Origin: Deltaproteobacteria bacterium
Lineage (GTDB): Bacteria > Desulfobacterota > Binatia > UBA1149 > SPBQ01
Direction: 5' to 3'
DNA: 64,000 nucleotides
Assembly: GCA_029262375.1 (NCBI GenBank)
Contig: JAJCZM010000026.1
Location: 40,198 to 104,197, forward strand
Shown: in pieces, positions 10,233-20,084 of the stretch
Layout: every line of letters begins with the position of its first letter
How positions within the stretch are numbered: position 1 is the stretch's first letter
Notes under the pieces: generated by a model
What the model was told of the DNA's origin: nothing
Database searches by the model: none
The model's input: the letters and a program-made list of their open reading frames with translations, nothing else
Translations under genes and position numbers: made by a program

Positions 10233-11633
10233 ATGAAATTCCGCCCAGCTAAGTTCCTCACGGCGCTGTTCGTTACGTGCATCGCGGCGACTACCTTCGG
10301 ATGTCAGTCGGGACCGGCAAAACCGGTCGAACGCCCCGGCAAACCGCTGATGCTGATCGGCATCGACGGACTCGAATGGGACGTCGTCCTCGAGCTGCTC
10401 GGCGCCGATCGCTTGCCAAACATCGCCAGGGCGATGAAGACTGGAATCTACGGCGAGTTGTCGGTCACGAAGCCGACGCTTTCACCGATCATCTGGACTT
10501 CGATCGCAACTGGAATGACCAGCGAGGAACACGGCGTTACCGGGTTCATCCACCCTGACCGTCAACGAGCTAGCGATGGTGAGCGTCTCTACACGAGCGC
10601 CGACCGCCGCGTTAAAGCATTCTGGAACATTCTCAGCGACTACGATCTGCGCGTAAACACGGTCGGCTGGTGGCTCACCTACCCCGCCGAGAAAGTCAGC
10701 GGCACGATGGTCGCCCAGGTGAACACGATCACTCCGCAGCTACGGGCGGCAGGACGCGGAATCTGGAAAGGTTCGCTCGTCGAGAATCTCGAGGGCCAAG
10801 TCTACCCGCCCGAAGATCAAGCCACCGTACTCGAGGCACTTCCTGTCGTAGAGGCTGCGCTGCCGCAGCTGGTCGAAGACATCTTCGGCGATACCGGAAA
10901 ACTCTCGCCGGCATACGCCGCACTACTCGAGCAGAGCATGTGGGCGTTTCGTGCGGACGCGATTTACCATCGGGTCGCCCGCGACCTGCTGGAACGCGAC
11001 CCGGATTTCGATCTGTTCGCGGTCTACTTCGGCGGTTCCGACGTCGTCGGGCACCGATTTTGGCGCTTCATGTATCCCGAACTCTATGAAACTCCGACGC
11101 CCGCCGCGCTCCGGCGCAAACTCGGTGAGATCGTACGCGACTACTACGAGTACCTGGATACGGTGATCGGCGACCTGATCGCCGCGGCGCCGCCGGACGT
11201 AACGGTCATAATAGTAAGCGACCATGGCATGCGCGCCGTGCGCAAGACCTCAACGAACCTCGGCGCCGATCTTTCGGGAGGACATCTCGAAGGTCCGCCG
11301 GCGTTCTTCATTCTAAACGGTCCGCTCGCGGCGACACCGACGCCCAAGAAATACCGAGGGCCCATCCAACGCTTCGATCTAGAAGCGTACGGTACCATTC
11401 TCGACGTCACGCCGACGATGCTGGCGATGCTCGGTGTACCGGTCGGTCGCGACATGACCGGACGCGTCATGAAGGCAGTCATCAATCGCGATGTTCTCGA
11501 GCGTCATGGGATCGACTACGTCTCGAGCCATACCGGCCTACTTTGGAATCGGTTGCGGCCGAGTGACGAGCGCGCGCGCAACGACGTCGGGGAGCGCATC
11601 GAGCAGCTGCGACAGCTCGGCTACCTCGACTGA
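10233..11633 (+). CDS. alkaline-phosphatase-like type I phosphodiesterase/nucleotide pyrophosphatase family protein, secreted or lipoprotein
   Basis: Signal peptide ending FGCQSG. IGIDGLEWDV and IIVSDHGM motifs. C-terminal tail ...LRQLGYLD. Confidence 0.7.
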   Translation: MKFRPAKFLTALFVTCIAATTFGCQSGPAKPVERPGKPLMLIGIDGLEWDVVLELLGADRLPNIARAMKTGIYGELSVTKPTLSPIIWTSIATGMTSEEHGVTGFIHPDRQRASDGERLYTSADRRVKAFWNILSDYDLRVNTVGWWLTYPAEKVSGTMVAQVNTITPQLRAAGRGIWKGSLVENLEGQVYPPEDQATVLEALPVVEAALPQLVEDIFGDTGKLSPAYAALLEQSMWAFRADAIYHRVARDLLERDPDFDLFAVYFGGSDVVGHRFWRFMYPELYETPTPAALRRKLGEIVRDYYEYLDTVIGDLIAAAPPDVTVIIVSDHGMRAVRKTSTNLGADLSGGHLEGPPAFFILNGPLAATPTPKKYRGPIQRFDLEAYGTILDVTPTMLAMLGVPVGRDMTGRVMKAVINRDVLERHGIDYVSSHTGLLWNRLRPSDERARNDVGERIEQLRQLGYLD

Positions 11634-11650
11634 GCAGACGCTGGTCTGGA

Positions 11651-12550
11651 CTACTGAAGAACGAGGTCGATCTCGGCGCTCAACTGTTGCAGGTCGACGT
11701 AGGCGCTCCGTGTTGCGGAGCCGACACCGGCTACGCGCACTCGCACCTCGTGATCGCCCACCGGCAGGACCCGACCGAATCGGTATCTGCCTTCGGAGTC
11801 GGTAAAGCGTCGCTTCTTGCGTGAGCCGTCCAACGGCACGAGACGTACGCGCGCTCCAGCGACCGGCTCGCCACCGTCGCTTACGACACCGTGAACGTTG
11901 GCCGGTGCGCTGCCGTTGATCGCGGCCATGGCATCGAGGTCGAAGCCGCCCTTGGTCCCGGGTGCAACCATGTTCCCAAAATCCGGTATGTCACTACCGC
12001 CGTCGATCACACGCACGAAGCGAATCATCTCGAGACCAAGATCAGCGAGATCGAACCGGTCGCCGCCCGATGATGGATCCAGCGGGTTCATTCCGTTGGC
12101 AGGGTTCGACGTAACCGCGGTCCGGCCGGCAAGGCCGGTGCCCGTTTCAGCGTTGAACGGGAACCGATGCCACGTGCGATTGTCGTCGCTCACTTCGACG
12201 ATCGCGTACTCGGTGAACAACGGACCTTCCTCGCCGCCGACGTGAAATGCGTTCTCGTAGATCGCGAGATCTGCTCCCGGCCCGTCGATGACGATGTTGT
12301 CGTTGAACGCAACGGTAATCGAACCACCATTGCCGAGTGAGTAGACGTGCGTCGAGCCAACCAGCAGACCTCGTCCCCGTGGCGCGCCGAATACCCGCCG
12401 CGGTAGTTTGTCCGCACCGAACCCAGCATTAGCACCCGTTTCCACGGCTTTAACCGCGTCTACAAATGGATCGCCAGCAATCGCCCGCGGCACAACAAAA
12501 GCGCCGAAAAGGACCCAAAAGCCGAATAGAATGAATCTACACGCCAACAT
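11651..12550 (-). CDS. secreted hypothetical protein with C-terminal carboxypeptidase-regulatory-like (beta-sandwich) domain
   Basis: N-terminal signal peptide (FILFGFWVLFGAFVVPRAIA). C-terminal GRVLPVGDHEVRVRV resembles a CarbopepD_reg fold. Confidence 0.4.
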   Translation of the reverse strand: MLACRFILFGFWVLFGAFVVPRAIAGDPFVDAVKAVETGANAGFGADKLPRRVFGAPRGRGLLVGSTHVYSLGNGGSITVAFNDNIVIDGPGADLAIYENAFHVGGEEGPLFTEYAIVEVSDDNRTWHRFPFNAETGTGLAGRTAVTSNPANGMNPLDPSSGGDRFDLADLGLEMIRFVRVIDGGSDIPDFGNMVAPGTKGGFDLDAMAAINGSAPANVHGVVSDGGEPVAGARVRLVPLDGSRKKRRFTDSEGRYRFGRVLPVGDHEVRVRVAGVGSATRSAYVDLQQLSAEIDLVLQ

Positions 12551-12775
12551 CGCGTGATCTGGCTATCGGGGTGTGGCGCGCGGTTCAAACGGGCCTGCGC
12601 ACAAGGTCGTCGAACACCGGCGGCCAGGCGACGGAAGACCCGTGTGGGTAGCGATAAAAAGTTGGAGTCCGCTAACGGTTCGTGTTTACCTCCGGCCCTA
12701 TCCCAAGGCATTGCGGGGCCACTGCGTCGACGGCGAAAGAACAACGCCGGCTACGGTGACGATGCTGACGACGCG

Positions 12776-12811
12776 GACTTTGCGCACTTTGCGGACTTTG
12801 CGCACTTTGCG
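12776..12811. repeat. tandem repeat (9-bp unit x4, or 18-bp x2) in the pckG promoter region
   Basis: gactttgcg cactttgcg gactttgcg cactttgcg, lying 26-61 nt upstream of the pckG ATG. An AAGGAG RBS follows. Confidence 0.7.
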
Positions 12812-12836
12812 ATAGCTAAAGGAGATCAAGGGATCG

Positions 12837-14591
12837 ATGCACCAAGGGCTTCAGGATTGGGTAGACGAAATCGCGAAACTTACGCAGCCGGACGAGATCG
12901 TCTGGTGCGATGGATCGGAAGAAGAATACGAACGGCTGATCAACGAGCAAGTCTCCGACGGAGATCTCACCCCGCTCAATCCCGACAGCTACCCGAACTG
13001 CTTCCTCGCGCGCAGTGATCCCCAAGATGTCGCGCGGGTCGAACACCTAACGTTCATCTGTTGCGACAAGGAAGACGACGCAGGTCCGACGAACAATTGG
13101 ATGGCACCGGCGGAAGCCGAGGCGCGCGTGAAGCCGTTGTTCGAAGGCGCGATGAAAGGCCGCAAGATGTACGTGGTGCCGTACATCATGGGCCCCGTCG
13201 GATCCGACCTTTCGGAAGTCGGAGTCGAGATCACCGATTCCCCCTACGTTGCCATCAACATGCGCATCATGACGCGTATGGGAAAGGTTGCACTCGACCG
13301 GCTCGGCGACACAGGTACATTCGTCAAAGGTTTGCACTCGCTCGGCGATCTCTCTCCCGACCGCAGATACATCCTGCACTTCCCTCAACGACGTGAGATC
13401 TGGAGCATCGGCTCAGGCTACGGTGGCAACGCGCTTCTAGGCAAGAAGTGCTTTGCGCTGCGCATCGCTTCGACGATGGCACGCGACGAGGGTTGGCTCG
13501 CAGAACACATGCTCATTCTCGGACTCGAAAGTCCGACTGGAGACGTTACGTACGTCGCGGCGGCATTTCCCTCCGCGTGCGGCAAAACCAACCTCGCCAT
13601 GGTCCTGCCGCCCGCATCACAGAAAGGTTGGAAAGTTTGGACCGTGGGCGACGACATCGCCTGGATGCGGTTCGACGACGACGGACAACTCTACGCAATC
13701 AATCCCGAGCACGGATTTTTCGGAGTTGCGCCGGGCACGAGCCTGAAGACGAACCCGAACGCGCTGTACTCCCTGCAAGGCAACTCGATCTTCACGAACG
13801 TTGCACTGACCGACAACAACGAACCATGGTGGGAAGGTCTCTCGGACCCGCCGGCACACGCCACCGACTGGCGCGGAAACGACTGGACGCCCAGTTCGAA
13901 GAACAAGGCAGCCCACCCCAACTCGCGCTTCACGGCGCCGGCCGAACAATGCCCAGGCATCTCGAGCAAGTGGGAGGATCCCAAGGGCGTCCCAATTTCG
14001 GCAATCGTTTTCGGTGGCAGACGCGCGCGCACCGCCCCGTTGGTGTACCAGGCGTTCGACTGGGATCACGGTGTATACGTCGGTGCCTCTGTGGCGTCGG
14101 AAACGACGGCGGCACAGCAGGGTGCCGAAGTCGGTGTGATCCGACGCGACCCCTTCGCGATGCTCCCGTTCTGCGGCTACAACATGGCCGACTACTTCGC
14201 GCACTGGTTCTCCATCGGAGATCGCAAGGGCGCGAAGCTTCCGAAGATCTTTCACGTCAACTGGTTCCGCACCGACGAAGACGGGAAGTTTATCTGGCCC
14301 GGCTTCGGTGAGAATGTTCGCGTTCTGCGTTGGATCCGCGGTCGCTGCCTCGACGAAGTCGACGGCGCGGAAACACCGATCGGTTACGTCCCGACACAAG
14401 AAGCGTTCGATCTGCGCGGCATCGAAGAACAAATCCCGGCAGAAGTCCTCGCCGATCTACTCGAGATCAACAAAGAGGATTGGGCTCCGGAGTTGGCCGA
14501 TCAGCGTGAGTTCTTCGAGAAGTTCGGCGAACGCCTTCCCGCCGAGATCTGGGAACAGCACGCCGCACTCTGCAAGCGTCTGGGTCTCTAG
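12837..14591 (+). CDS. pckG: phosphoenolpyruvate carboxykinase (GTP)
   Basis: [21 protein letters not shown] kinase loop, [10 protein letters not shown]-loop, 584 aa. Confidence 0.95.
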   Translation: MHQGLQDWVDEIAKLTQPDEIVWCDGSEEEYERLINEQVSDGDLTPLNPDSYPNCFLARSDPQDVARVEHLTFICCDKEDDAGPTNNWMAPAEAEARVKPLFEGAMKGRKMYVVPYIMGPVGSDLSEVGVEITDSPYVAINMRIMTRMGKVALDRLGDTGTFVKGLHSLGDLSPDRRYILHFPQRREIWSIGSGYGGNALLGKKCFALRIASTMARDEGWLAEHMLILGLESPTGDVTYVAAAFPSACGKTNLAMVLPPASQKGWKVWTVGDDIAWMRFDDDGQLYAINPEHGFFGVAPGTSLKTNPNALYSLQGNSIFTNVALTDNNEPWWEGLSDPPAHATDWRGNDWTPSSKNKAAHPNSRFTAPAEQCPGISSKWEDPKGVPISAIVFGGRRARTAPLVYQAFDWDHGVYVGASVASETTAAQQGAEVGVIRRDPFAMLPFCGYNMADYFAHWFSIGDRKGAKLPKIFHVNWFRTDEDGKFIWPGFGENVRVLRWIRGRCLDEVDGAETPIGYVPTQEAFDLRGIEEQIPAEVLADLLEINKEDWAPELADQREFFEKFGERLPAEIWEQHAALCKRLGL

Positions 14592-14606
14592 AAACGAGCC
14601 AGTCAG

Positions 14607-16040
14607 TCAGTCCGCAAATTCCGGCCAGACATCAGCGGGACGCTCACGCTCGAACGCAGCCGACGCCTGCAGCACCAGGTCGTCTCGATGGCGTTCGGCA
14701 ACGATCTGCAGCCCTACCGGCAAACCCTTGTCGCCAAAGCCCGCGCGCACGGTTGCCGCCGGATGCCCTGATAGATTGAACGGATACGCAAACGCCACGA
14801 CGTGGATCGGATTCTCGATCGGCTTACCGGCAATCTCCTTCGGGAAAGGACCTTTCGCACCAAAGGCTTCGGTCGGGAGCATCGGCGTCAGAAGTAGATC
14901 GAACTGCGAGAACAAGTCGGCGAGCGCATAGTTGAGATCCGCGCGCTGGTGCTGAAACCCGGCAATCTGCTCGTGCGTGAGGTTCGCCGCCAACTTGATC
15001 CCCTCCCAGTAGCTGCGCTCGAAGAGTTCCTCGTGCCCCTTCGCACGAGGATGACCGGCCAGGTGGCCGTAATCCTCGGCGCCACACATGAAAGCCCACG
15101 CATAGCCGGTGTCAGGAAGAGTAATGTCGAGATCGACGACCTCGTGACCGAGCCCCCTGAAAACTTCGACTGCCGCCTCGACTTCGCGCAGCACACCCGG
15201 CTCGACGGTGGCGTAACCGAGATCGCGACTGAATCCGATCTTCAGCTTCGGGAGCGCATCGTCGAGCGAAGATAGATATGCACGCTCGGGCTTGGGCAGC
15301 GAATTTGGGTCGACCGGGTGATAGCCGGCAGTCACATCGAGAAACAGCGCAGCGTCGCGTACGGTCCTCGTGATCGGTCCATAGTGAACGGTATCGACCC
15401 ATCGCTGCATGCCGAGCGCTTCCTCGGGGCCAACCGGAATGCGGCCGAAAGTGGGCTTGAAGCCGTATGCACCAACGTAACAGGCCGGAATGCGGACCGA
15501 GCCGCCGCCATCCGACCCTGTGGAAAACGGCACCATGCGAGCGGCAATCGCAGCAGACGACCCGCCGCTCGAACCGCCGGGGGTATGCTCGAGGTTCCAG
15601 GGATTGTGCGTCGTACCGAACACGCGATTCTTCGTGAAGCAGGTGTACCCAAACTCCGGCGTGTTCGTCTTGCCGATCACCACGGCGCCGGCGCCGCGCA
15701 GGCGGGCCACCTCAACGGAGTCGCGCTCGGCGATGTGATCGCGAAACGCAACGGATCCGTACGTCGTTGGGAGTCCGCCGACATCTTCGAGATCCTTTAC
15801 ACCGAGAGGCACGCCGGCCAATGCACCGACGTCTTCTCCACCGGCAATGCGGGCATCGAGCCCACGTGCGTCGTCGAGCGCGCGGTCGGCGCAAACATGA
15901 ACGAAAGCGTTCAGCGATGCGTTGCGTGCATCGATGCGCTCGAGCGCGGACATCGTTGTTTCGACGGCGCTCACTTCCTTCCCGCGGACGAGAGCCGCCA
16001 GTTCAACAGCTGATAAATCCATAAGCGACATTTTGATCAC
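14607..16040 (-). CDS. amidase-signature family amidase (GatA-like)
   Basis: GGSSGGSSAAIAA amidase signature, Ser-cisSer-Lys context, 477 aa. Confidence 0.85.
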   Translation of the reverse strand: MIKMSLMDLSAVELAALVRGKEVSAVETTMSALERIDARNASLNAFVHVCADRALDDARGLDARIAGGEDVGALAGVPLGVKDLEDVGGLPTTYGSVAFRDHIAERDSVEVARLRGAGAVVIGKTNTPEFGYTCFTKNRVFGTTHNPWNLEHTPGGSSGGSSAAIAARMVPFSTGSDGGGSVRIPACYVGAYGFKPTFGRIPVGPEEALGMQRWVDTVHYGPITRTVRDAALFLDVTAGYHPVDPNSLPKPERAYLSSLDDALPKLKIGFSRDLGYATVEPGVLREVEAAVEVFRGLGHEVVDLDITLPDTGYAWAFMCGAEDYGHLAGHPRAKGHEELFERSYWEGIKLAANLTHEQIAGFQHQRADLNYALADLFSQFDLLLTPMLPTEAFGAKGPFPKEIAGKPIENPIHVVAFAYPFNLSGHPAATVRAGFGDKGLPVGLQIVAERHRDDLVLQASAAFERERPADVWPEFAD

Positions 16041-16198
16041 CCTTCCGCGTTCGCCGTAGCCCGGCCTATAGTCTTACCCCGATCGGGGATATTTACGCCC
16101 ATGGTCGGCGGCCGCCGGGGCACGGAATTCCCTATTGATTTCAATGACCTACCAAGCCTCGGGGTACGAAACCAGCGTTTCCCCTGCTGCAAACTCTC

Positions 16199-16615
16199 TT
16201 GAATAGACGATCAGGATTGTGTACCGGTGGGACTAGGTCGAGGAGCCGGCTCGGCCAAGGACAGGCAGACATGGCTAAAACAGAAACCACCTGGCAGCCA
16301 GACGTTGAGACCCCTGAGGACGACACGGTAACAACCGCCGAAGACGCGGCGCTCGTGTTGTCTCTGGTCGTCATCGTCGTTCTCTCCGGCACTCTGGTCA
16401 CATTCCTGCTTCTCGAATTCCTGGACGTGCTTCCCGCACGCGTTGGATCCGTCCTACTCGCAACACTGTTCATCTTCTGCGGAGTCGTTGGTAGGGCAAT
16501 CCTCTCGCGCGCTCTTTCCATGCCGCTCGACTACCAGGGCGACGCGCCCGTGATTCGAAACCTCGGTCGTCGCCGCAGAAGCCGGCCCAGCCCGATCCGC
16601 CCCATTCGCGCCTGA
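16199..16615 (+). CDS. small hypothetical membrane protein (2 TM); start likely at MAKTETT (16271)
   Basis: Two hydrophobic helices (LVLSLVVIVVLSGTLVTFLLL; LLATLFIFCGVVG). No known motif. Confidence 0.3.
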   Translation: MNRRSGLCTGGTRSRSRLGQGQADMAKTETTWQPDVETPEDDTVTTAEDAALVLSLVVIVVLSGTLVTFLLLEFLDVLPARVGSVLLATLFIFCGVVGRAILSRALSMPLDYQGDAPVIRNLGRRRRSRPSPIRPIRA

Positions 16616-16703
16616 CCGACTCAAATTGTCGTCGCGGCACGAGCGTTGCGAAACCTGTCCCCATAGATAGTTATATGGACCGCGCCTTACGCGACGCCGA
16701 TCC

Positions 16704-17105
16704 ATGTACATTCTCCTACACGTGACCTGGGCTTGCTGGATTGGCTCGATCGTCTTCTTCTCATTCGTGGTCGCTCCGACCGTACACGCGGTTCTGGAAC
16801 GACCCGACGCCGCTCGCCTGATGCGGACGATGTTCCCTCGCTATTACCTGTTCGGGATCATTTGCGGCCTCGTCGCGCTGGTCAGCGCCCTGCTGACCGC
16901 GAACGACTTGAAGCTCACCGTGCCGTTGGTCATCGCGTGTGTACTATCAGCGTACGCGCGGCAGGTGCTGACGCCCGCCCTCGATCAAGCGCGCAGCGCC
17001 TCGGACGACGAACGCTTCGCGTCGCTACACGTTCAGAGCGTACGACTGAATCTCATCGCGCTGGCTGCACTCCTGCTGGCCGGCCTGCGGCTCGCGGTCG
17101 CGTAG
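16704..17105 (+). CDS. DUF4149-like membrane protein
   Basis: 133 aa, 4 TM. The N-terminal FFSFVVAPTVHAVL pattern is typical of DUF4149. Confidence 0.45.
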   Translation: MYILLHVTWACWIGSIVFFSFVVAPTVHAVLERPDAARLMRTMFPRYYLFGIICGLVALVSALLTANDLKLTVPLVIACVLSAYARQVLTPALDQARSASDDERFASLHVQSVRLNLIALAALLLAGLRLAVA

Positions 17106-17106
17106 C

Positions 17107-17916
17107 TCAGACTTTCAGATCCACACTGATCGGACAGTGGTCCGATCCAAGGACATCCATGTGGATGGCCGCACCTTTGACCTGCTTCATCAGCTCTTTG
17201 TTGACGAAGTGGTAGTCGATACGCCACCCGACATTGCGCTCGCGCGCCCCCGCACGATAGGTCCACCAGGAATACTCGCGCTCAGGGGGCTCGAGGTTTT
17301 CGACCGTCTTCGCCGGATGAAAGTGGCGGTAGGTATCGACGTAGCCGGCATCGACGAACTTCTGCAGCGTCTCACGCTCGATCGGTAGAAACCCCGTCAC
17401 TTTTTCGTTTTCTTTCGGTCGCGCGAGATCGATCGGAGCGAGCGCAGTATTCCAATCGCCCGAGACGATGAGGTTTTTTCCTTCAGCGCGCTCCTCTTCG
17501 AGCACTTCGAGCAGCGTTTCGTAGAACTCCAACTTGAATGCGAGCCGTTCGGGATCAGGACCGTCCTCGCGCTGGCGACCGTTGGGGAAGTAAATGTTGT
17601 AGAGAGTGAAATCGCCGTGCTCAGTGACGAGCACACGCCCCTCATCGCGCTCGAAGGGAACCCCCTTGGTGACGAACATGGGCTCGGCCAGGCTCAGGGT
17701 CGCAACGCCGCTATAGCCTTTGCGCTGCGCTGAGTGCCACGAGGCGTGGTATCCGAGATCGGCTATCGCGGCGCGCGCGGCTTCGGGAACCTGTTCCTCC
17801 AATGCTTTGGTTTCCTGCAGGCAGACGACGTCGGGACGCGCTTCTTCCAGCCATTCGAGAAAATTCTTTTTGAGAGCGGCGCGGACACCGTTGACGTTCC
17901 AGGAAACAATCCTCAT
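17107..17916 (-). CDS. xthA: exodeoxyribonuclease III
   Basis: MRIVSWNVNG N-terminus, WRIDY and SDHCP C-terminal motifs, 269 aa. Confidence 0.9.
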   Translation of the reverse strand: MRIVSWNVNGVRAALKKNFLEWLEEARPDVVCLQETKALEEQVPEAARAAIADLGYHASWHSAQRKGYSGVATLSLAEPMFVTKGVPFERDEGRVLVTEHGDFTLYNIYFPNGRQREDGPDPERLAFKLEFYETLLEVLEEERAEGKNLIVSGDWNTALAPIDLARPKENEKVTGFLPIERETLQKFVDAGYVDTYRHFHPAKTVENLEPPEREYSWWTYRAGARERNVGWRIDYHFVNKELMKQVKGAAIHMDVLGSDHCPISVDLKV

Positions 17917-18455
17917 TGGGCGACGAGTCTCTCCACGATCCGGCTTGCCGCGTCGCGCGCAAGAGTTTGGATCTGTTCAGTGGTCAGAATGGCCACGGGA
18001 TGTGCGACCCAGACGGGGTTGTAGTCAGGCATACCGAGAAGGCGCGACTGCTCTTCGGACTCGTCGGTAAACGCATCGGTACCGATGTTCACGGTCGGAA
18101 TGCCTTTCTTCTCGAATCGAATCACGTCGTGCACACTGCACGACACGCACGATCCTCAATCGGCGAGTGCTTCGATCACTGCGTCGCTCACCTCGGTAAT
18201 CTCGTCGACGAGATCGGCAGGGGCGGGGCGGGTGAACGTGGGCTTTTGCACACGCGAAACGATCGCACCGTGCTCCGACGTCAAGACTTGCTCGAGTGCA
18301 TCGAGGAATTCCGCCGACTTCGGTTTCGAGATCGACAGCAACGACACGCGTTTGCCGTGGATTGAATCCAATCGAGGCGCCGGCGGATGCGGGTCCATCA
18401 CAGATTCGTCAAAAGGGCTTACCAGGTCTTCCATACTCTCACTCCTGCTTCTCAC
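17913..18455 (-). CDS. UGSC-family selenoprotein (single gene read through the in-frame TGA at 18156-18158 as selenocysteine)
   Basis: The two track ORFs 18156-18455 and 17913-18146 are in the same frame and separated only by a TGA. The local sequence encodes ...EALAD-U-G-S-C-V-S-C-S-V-HDVIRF..., i.e. the U-G-S-C motif. A SECIS-like hairpin lies 11 nt downstream. The GTG start overlaps the upstream gene's stop (GTGA). Confidence 0.7.
18126..18144 (-). ncRNA. SECIS-like stem-loop (cis element within mRNA) 11 nt 3' of the in-frame UGA
   Basis: Minus-sense GUCGUGCA-GUG-UGCACGAC forms a perfect 8-bp stem. The apical loop contains G-U, as in bacterial SECIS elements. The spacing to the UGA matches the fdhF-type rule of about 11 nt. 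Confidence 0.5.
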
Positions 18456-20017
18456 GCTTCGACGACGACCTGGGTCGTGATCTCAGATCCCAATCCGAAG
18501 CCCACCCAAGGTGGCAAAATTTCCGAGAAACGGCCAGCCGGGCCGCCCGCCACGAGCACATGGATCTGCTCGGGACTCGACCATTTCGTCGCGATGTCGT
18601 CTTCCCCCATGAACGCCATGAAAGGACTTCGCTCGCCGGCGGTAATGTCGCCGACGCGAACGGACGCGATATCGAAAATTCGCTGGGCGACTTCCGCTTT
18701 CGACCATCCGGCATCGGCGAACATGCGGGCGTGCTCTTGGCACAGAACGAACACCGTTTCTGCGGCGATCGGAAATACGGTCGGTGAGAACACTGCAGCA
18801 CCGGCCAAACCAATCGTGGTCACGACGTCCTCGACACGTTGGCTGTAGTGATCGGACACGGTAAACGGAGAGTCGCCAACGTACGCGGTCACGGTACTGA
18901 CGTCTGCACTGAAGCCTCGCGTGACGGAATACGGCTCCCACGGGCTCGCTTCCTCGTTCTCAGCAAAACAGAACGAGATCTTTCCCGGCTGCCCCATGGT
19001 CGATCGATCAAGCTTCGGCGGCTTGCCCATCCCGGTAAGCCCGCTCATCAAACGAACCGCGCGTCCGATGGTCGCGTTCGCACGATTCCAGCCACCCATA
19101 CAATTGATCCCGGAGTTCATCCCGATGCGCGCGCGGACCGGCCCGTTGACCCACAAGACGATGCCCGACGTGTGGGTCGTATTCGTCATCCCATGCAGGT
19201 TGAACGACGGGTTGAGTACGGCCTCGGCGCCGGCGCGCACAACCGGGAAATAACTGGGATGACAGCCCGCGAGTACCGCGCAAGACGCCAGGCGTTCGAG
19301 CGTGAGTTCGCCCATGCCGGGTGGTACCGGTCCGAGACTCAGGCTCGGATCTCGCCCGTCGAGCATCGCATCGACACGCTCACGGGTCGGCGCAGTGACG
19401 GGTAGCCCATCGGTCCATCCGCGCTCGAATAGATCTTCCATGAGATCGAAGTCGGTCGCCGGCGGCGGCGAAGCCCAGAGAGATGGATCGAGCGCGCTCT
19501 TCGACGCGCATCCGGGCTTCATGCGCGGAGGCTCGTCGGCTAACGCGACGGCTTTCACTCCGGCCGCTCGCGCCGCTGCTTGCGCGATCTCGTTGAAGTC
19601 GTCGGTGGACCAACCTTCGACCGCGCGCTCAACGACGCCCGAATCGTCTATCCAGTAGGCCGTAGGAACCGTCGCGACATCGAAGGCCGACGATACCGCG
19701 TACGGCTCGCCCTCGACCAGCGCCGTAAACTCGGCTTTTGCGCGGCGCATCGTGCGCTCGGTGGTTACGCGATCGTTCTGATGGATCGCGACGATCGACG
19801 TTCCCGCCGCCCGCAAGCCGTCCGCGATCGTCTGCAACCGCGCGAGCGTCATCCGACTGGTCGGACAATCCTCTTCGACGAAAAGTAGCAGAACGGCGCC
19901 GTCGGCAAGCAGCGCCGCAAGATCGATCGTGTTGCCGTCGGTAGCTACGAGAGAGAAATCCGGAGCCTTCACCTTGAGTTTGAGCACGTCGCTTTTGTTC
20001 GGCCTGGACGACAACAT
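18452..20017 (-). CDS. peroxiredoxin-like (AhpC/TSA fold, CPTS motif) domain fused to an uncharacterised ~370-aa domain; translationally coupled to the UGSC selenoprotein
   Basis: Start chosen at MLSSRPNK; the track ORF extends to 20206 with a TTG start. KAPDFSL...FVEEDCPTS resembles the Prx PxDF...VCPTE signature. The C-terminal domain is unrecognised. Its stop overlaps the start of the downstream selenoprotein gene. Confidence 0.6.
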   Translation of the reverse strand: MLSSRPNKSDVLKLKVKAPDFSLVATDGNTIDLAALLADGAVLLLFVEEDCPTSRMTLARLQTIADGLRAAGTSIVAIHQNDRVTTERTMRRAKAEFTALVEGEPYAVSSAFDVATVPTAYWIDDSGVVERAVEGWSTDDFNEIAQAAARAAGVKAVALADEPPRMKPGCASKSALDPSLWASPPPATDFDLMEDLFERGWTDGLPVTAPTRERVDAMLDGRDPSLSLGPVPPGMGELTLERLASCAVLAGCHPSYFPVVRAGAEAVLNPSFNLHGMTNTTHTSGIVLWVNGPVRARIGMNSGINCMGGWNRANATIGRAVRLMSGLTGMGKPPKLDRSTMGQPGKISFCFAENEEASPWEPYSVTRGFSADVSTVTAYVGDSPFTVSDHYSQRVEDVVTTIGLAGAAVFSPTVFPIAAETVFVLCQEHARMFADAGWSKAEVAQRIFDIASVRVGDITAGERSPFMAFMGEDDIATKWSSPEQIHVLVAGGPAGRFSEILPPWVGFGLGSEITTQVVVEA

Positions 20018-20084
20018 GTCAAGCCGGCGCTGGGTGTAACAACATCTGTTGCTGCGCAGGACGCGCACTGTATTCTTGTCAGCG

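Noticed and set aside
18144-18158. Treating 17913-18146 and 18156-18455 as two separate small genes
   Set aside because: They are in the same frame, separated only by TGA, with no RBS in the 9-nt gap. The UGSC motif and the downstream hairpin argue for selenocysteine read-through.
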